DNA of 64,000 nt from Phycisphaerae bacterium (GTDB lineage: Bacteria > Planctomycetota > Phycisphaerae > SM23-33): assembly GCA_039683615.1 (NCBI GenBank), contig JBDKRA010000017.1, forward strand, positions 266,235 to 330,234, written 5' to 3'. A program made the translations under genes and the position numbers. Shown here piece by piece: positions 61,198 to 64,000 of the stretch (position 1 is its first letter; every line of letters begins with the position of its first letter). The notes under the pieces are model-generated. The model was given only the letters and a program-made list of their open reading frames with translations, did no database searches and was not told the origin of the DNA.

Positions 61198-62622
61198 ATG
61201 GCTCAGACAGGAACATTGTCAGCCGTGGGTGGGGCGGTGGTTAATGAGGAACCTGATGGTCTGGCCAGACCCTCGGCCATGCCGCTGACTGCCCGCAGCT
61301 GGGCATGCCTGATCCTGCCGGCAGCAGCTTTTCTGGGCCTGTACGGTTCAATCGTCACGATTCCGCCTACGGATTGGGACACGCTGATCTGGATGGCGGC
61401 GGCAGAGAGAAACTCGCCCGTCCACTACATGACTCATGGGGTCGAAATAGAGGTTTATCCCTGCTACCGCCCTGCAACCCACGCCTCGTTTTGGCTGGCC
61501 AACAAGACGTACGGGCGCAACGGATGGGGGTACTGGGTTAATGCGCTGGTGTATCAGCTCCTCACGCTAATCCTGCTATTCTTCCTGGTGCGACGACTGA
61601 CGCGGTCGGATGTCGCGGCGGGTATAGCCGCGTTCTTCTTTGCTCTGAACTCCCAGAACTCCGGCGTCTTCTGCTATCTCTGCGAAAGCCATCAAGGCGT
61701 CCTGCCGGGGCTCTTCTTCCTGGTGTGCGTGCTTTGCTTCCTGAACTACCAGGACAGTGGGAAAATGCTTCTTCTTATTGCAGCTGCAGTCTCGGCCTGG
61801 GTCTCGGTAGCCGCCAAGGAGCATGGAATCGCCTCAGTGGCGGCGATGGGTCTGCTATGCCTGTGGCGTCGGAAGGTCCGTTCCCCGCTGCCGGGGCTGG
61901 TGGCCTGCGGGATGGTCATCTGCAGCTATTTCTTCTTGCGCTATATGGCTCTGGGCACGTTCACAGGGATGCATCCAGGGGAAGACATGGGCTACTTTGA
62001 GCAGGATCTGATTGGAGCTATTCCATCAAATATGCCCTCTGGCCAGCGCACCGCGCTATACCTATACACATTTGGTGCAAATGTCGTCGGCACCTTTTTG
62101 CCGCACCTCTTTGGAGGCCACGGAGAGCTCCGCACTAAGCTTCTTCTCGCTTTCCCCCACGAGGGGATGGCTAAGTGGCTATTTTCCTGGGTAATGCTTG
62201 TCTGCGAACTGGTGATGCTGACGTTCGTGCTGCTGGCGGTCAGCAAGCGCACGCGGGCGCTCTTGCTAGGTTCGGCCGCTTTGATCGTTGTTGTGGCGGC
62301 TACTGCTTTTGTGGAATTTCGCTTCCGCCTGCACTTTGTGGGAGTGATCGCCTTTGCCGTCATGGTCGGGTTGGCCGCAAAAGCTTATCTTAACTCCGGC
62401 TCTCGCTGGCAATTGCTGGTGGGGGGGGTGGTGCTGTGTCTGCTCCTTCTTGGATATGTCCGGGAAGATACGTGGCACATCCAGTCCTGGCGCCAGATTC
62501 ACCAGTCCATGGACGTGACTAAGGGCCGATTTGTCACCCCCAATATTCCGGCGGAGCTGACCCAGGACATCCACAAGCGATATCCGCCAAAGGTTGTTGC
62601 GCCCAAAAGCAGCAAAAACTAA
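61198..62622 (+). CDS. Multi-TM GT-C-like membrane protein
   Basis: DWD loop, YRP and AKE motifs; about 11 TM helices; downstream of the GT2 gene. Confidence 0.65.
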   Translation: MAQTGTLSAVGGAVVNEEPDGLARPSAMPLTARSWACLILPAAAFLGLYGSIVTIPPTDWDTLIWMAAAERNSPVHYMTHGVEIEVYPCYRPATHASFWLANKTYGRNGWGYWVNALVYQLLTLILLFFLVRRLTRSDVAAGIAAFFFALNSQNSGVFCYLCESHQGVLPGLFFLVCVLCFLNYQDSGKMLLLIAAAVSAWVSVAAKEHGIASVAAMGLLCLWRRKVRSPLPGLVACGMVICSYFFLRYMALGTFTGMHPGEDMGYFEQDLIGAIPSNMPSGQRTALYLYTFGANVVGTFLPHLFGGHGELRTKLLLAFPHEGMAKWLFSWVMLVCELVMLTFVLLAVSKRTRALLLGSAALIVVVAATAFVEFRFRLHFVGVIAFAVMVGLAAKAYLNSGSRWQLLVGGVVLCLLLLGYVREDTWHIQSWRQIHQSMDVTKGRFVTPNIPAELTQDIHKRYPPKVVAPKSSKN

Positions 62623-62741
62623 GCGGGGCCGAACCGTTTCGTTTCTGAAAATTTAGACATGGCGGCAAAAATCTCTGGGCATCTACGTTCTCTGCTGGCA
62701 CAGTGTTGTTAGAATACCGCTCCATAATCAGGAGCAATTTC

Positions 62742-63821
62742 ATGACCCACCGTGAGCGGATTATCAAAACGCTGTTGTGCGAGAAGACCGATCGGCCGCC
62801 GTTCCCGTGCTGGCTGGGGTTCTGGCCCTGGGGGCAGACGAACGACCGCTGGAAGAAAGAGTCCGGCATCGCAGACCTCGACATCTTCAAGTACTTCGGC
62901 TTTGAGCCGTTCTTCCATGGCGTGCCCGTTGAGTACGGGCCCTTTCCGCATTTCGAGTACAAGGTGATCTCCGAGACCGACGAGTTCATCACGGCTATCG
63001 ACTGGCGCGGCGTCACGACGCGCAACCGCCGCGACGGGATGTCCATGCCCGACTGGGTCGCCCACCCCGTGCGCAACTGGGACGACTGGAACAAATACAA
63101 AGCCGAGCATCTGCAGCCGCAGATCGATGTGCGCACCGCCAGCGTGGCCGCCTGGGCCAAGGACGCCGCCAAGCTGGACCTGCCCATCCAGATCGGCAAC
63201 CCCGGCTGGGGCGTGTTCGGAACCGCCCGCGACATGATGGGCGCCGAGGAACTGTTGATCGCCTTCTACGACATGCCCGACCTGGTACACGACATCATGA
63301 AGACGTACGTGGACCTGTGGCTGGCCATGTACGAGGCCGCCGCGCGGCACATCCAAATCGACCACATCCACATTTGGGAAGACATGTCGGGCAAGCAGGG
63401 CTCGCTGATCTCGATGAAGATGACGCAAGAGTTCATGATGCCGCACTACGACCGTATCGCGGCCTTCGCGAAACGTCGCGGCGTGGCGATCATCTCGGTG
63501 GACAGCGACGGCGACGTGCACGAGCTCGTCCCGTTGATGATGCAGCACGGCCTCAATGCGTTCTTCCCCTTCGAAGTGCAGGCCGGAAACGACATCTGCG
63601 AGTACCGCAAGCTCTACCCCAAGCTGGGCATCCTGGGCGGGCTGGACAAAAACGCCCTGTCCAAGGGCAAAAAGGAAGTGCACGTCGAGCTAGATCGAGC
63701 GGCTTGCATGTTAGCCGCCGGCGGCTACATCGTCGGCTTCGACCACCTGATCCCGCCGGACGCCAAGTGGGAAAACTTCAAGTACATGGTCGAGCACCTG
63801 CGCACGATGTGCGGGCTGTAG
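62742..63821 (+). CDS. Uroporphyrinogen decarboxylase-fold protein
   Basis: MTHRER...DRPP, WEDMSGKQGSLIS, VDSDG, GGLDK, DHLIPPD. Confidence 0.85.
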   Translation: MTHRERIIKTLLCEKTDRPPFPCWLGFWPWGQTNDRWKKESGIADLDIFKYFGFEPFFHGVPVEYGPFPHFEYKVISETDEFITAIDWRGVTTRNRRDGMSMPDWVAHPVRNWDDWNKYKAEHLQPQIDVRTASVAAWAKDAAKLDLPIQIGNPGWGVFGTARDMMGAEELLIAFYDMPDLVHDIMKTYVDLWLAMYEAAARHIQIDHIHIWEDMSGKQGSLISMKMTQEFMMPHYDRIAAFAKRRGVAIISVDSDGDVHELVPLMMQHGLNAFFPFEVQAGNDICEYRKLYPKLGILGGLDKNALSKGKKEVHVELDRAACMLAAGGYIVGFDHLIPPDAKWENFKYMVEHLRTMCGL

Positions 63822-63828
63822 AACAGCA

Positions 63829-63936
63829 GATCCTAGGTCCTGGATCCTCGATCCTCGGGGAATAGAAAACTCCGGGACGCCCACGGGAGATATGTTCTTC
63901 CTGGTATCCAGGACCGAGGATCTAGGATCTAGGATC
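63829..63936. repeat. Inverted heptamer arrays (GATCCTA-like / TAGGATC-like)
   Basis: gatccta-ggtcctg-gatcctc-gatcctc ... gaggatc-taggatc-taggatc. Confidence 0.8.
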
Positions 63937-64000
63937 AGTTCTTCAGCAACTGTTTGCCCAACTGCTGGCAAGCGGTAATGAGGCCTTTGAGCTGATGGGG
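63935..64000 (-). CDS. Possible 3' end of a gene running off the window
   Basis: Open frame PHQLKGLITACQQLGKQLLKN-stop; too short to assign. Confidence 0.35.
   Translation of the reverse strand, partial: PHQLKGLITACQQLGKQLLKN

Overview
GC-rich bacterial chromosome segment, probably Planctomycetota/Phycisphaerae. That placement is inferred from ATQP-type linkers, a DUF1559-like pilin domain, ECF/anti-sigma pairs and many UroD-fold, sulfatase and CAZyme genes. Most of the window is carbohydrate, envelope and housekeeping genes: GH3, GH29, sulfatase, heparinase II/III-like, MgtA, IspG, radical SAM, MFS and glycosyltransferases, plus tRNA-fMet and tRNA-Arg(CCG). The most notable structure is a ~5.5 kb integrative element (34769-40290) in the 3' end of tRNA-fMet. 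It carries a Rep_trans rolling-circle initiator with a CTAACAG nick-site hairpin over its start codon and a small SeqA-N-like/DpnI-winged-helix-like fusion protein. It also carries a large serine recombinase whose C-terminal tail is encoded by the antisense strand of the tRNA and would be swapped on excision. A decayed tyrosine-integrase island lies next to it. Intergenic spaces hold many REP-like palindromes and inverted tandem 6-9-mer repeat elements, and one REP doublet sits in frame inside the GH3 gene. All family assignments are from motif recognition by eye; no searches were run.
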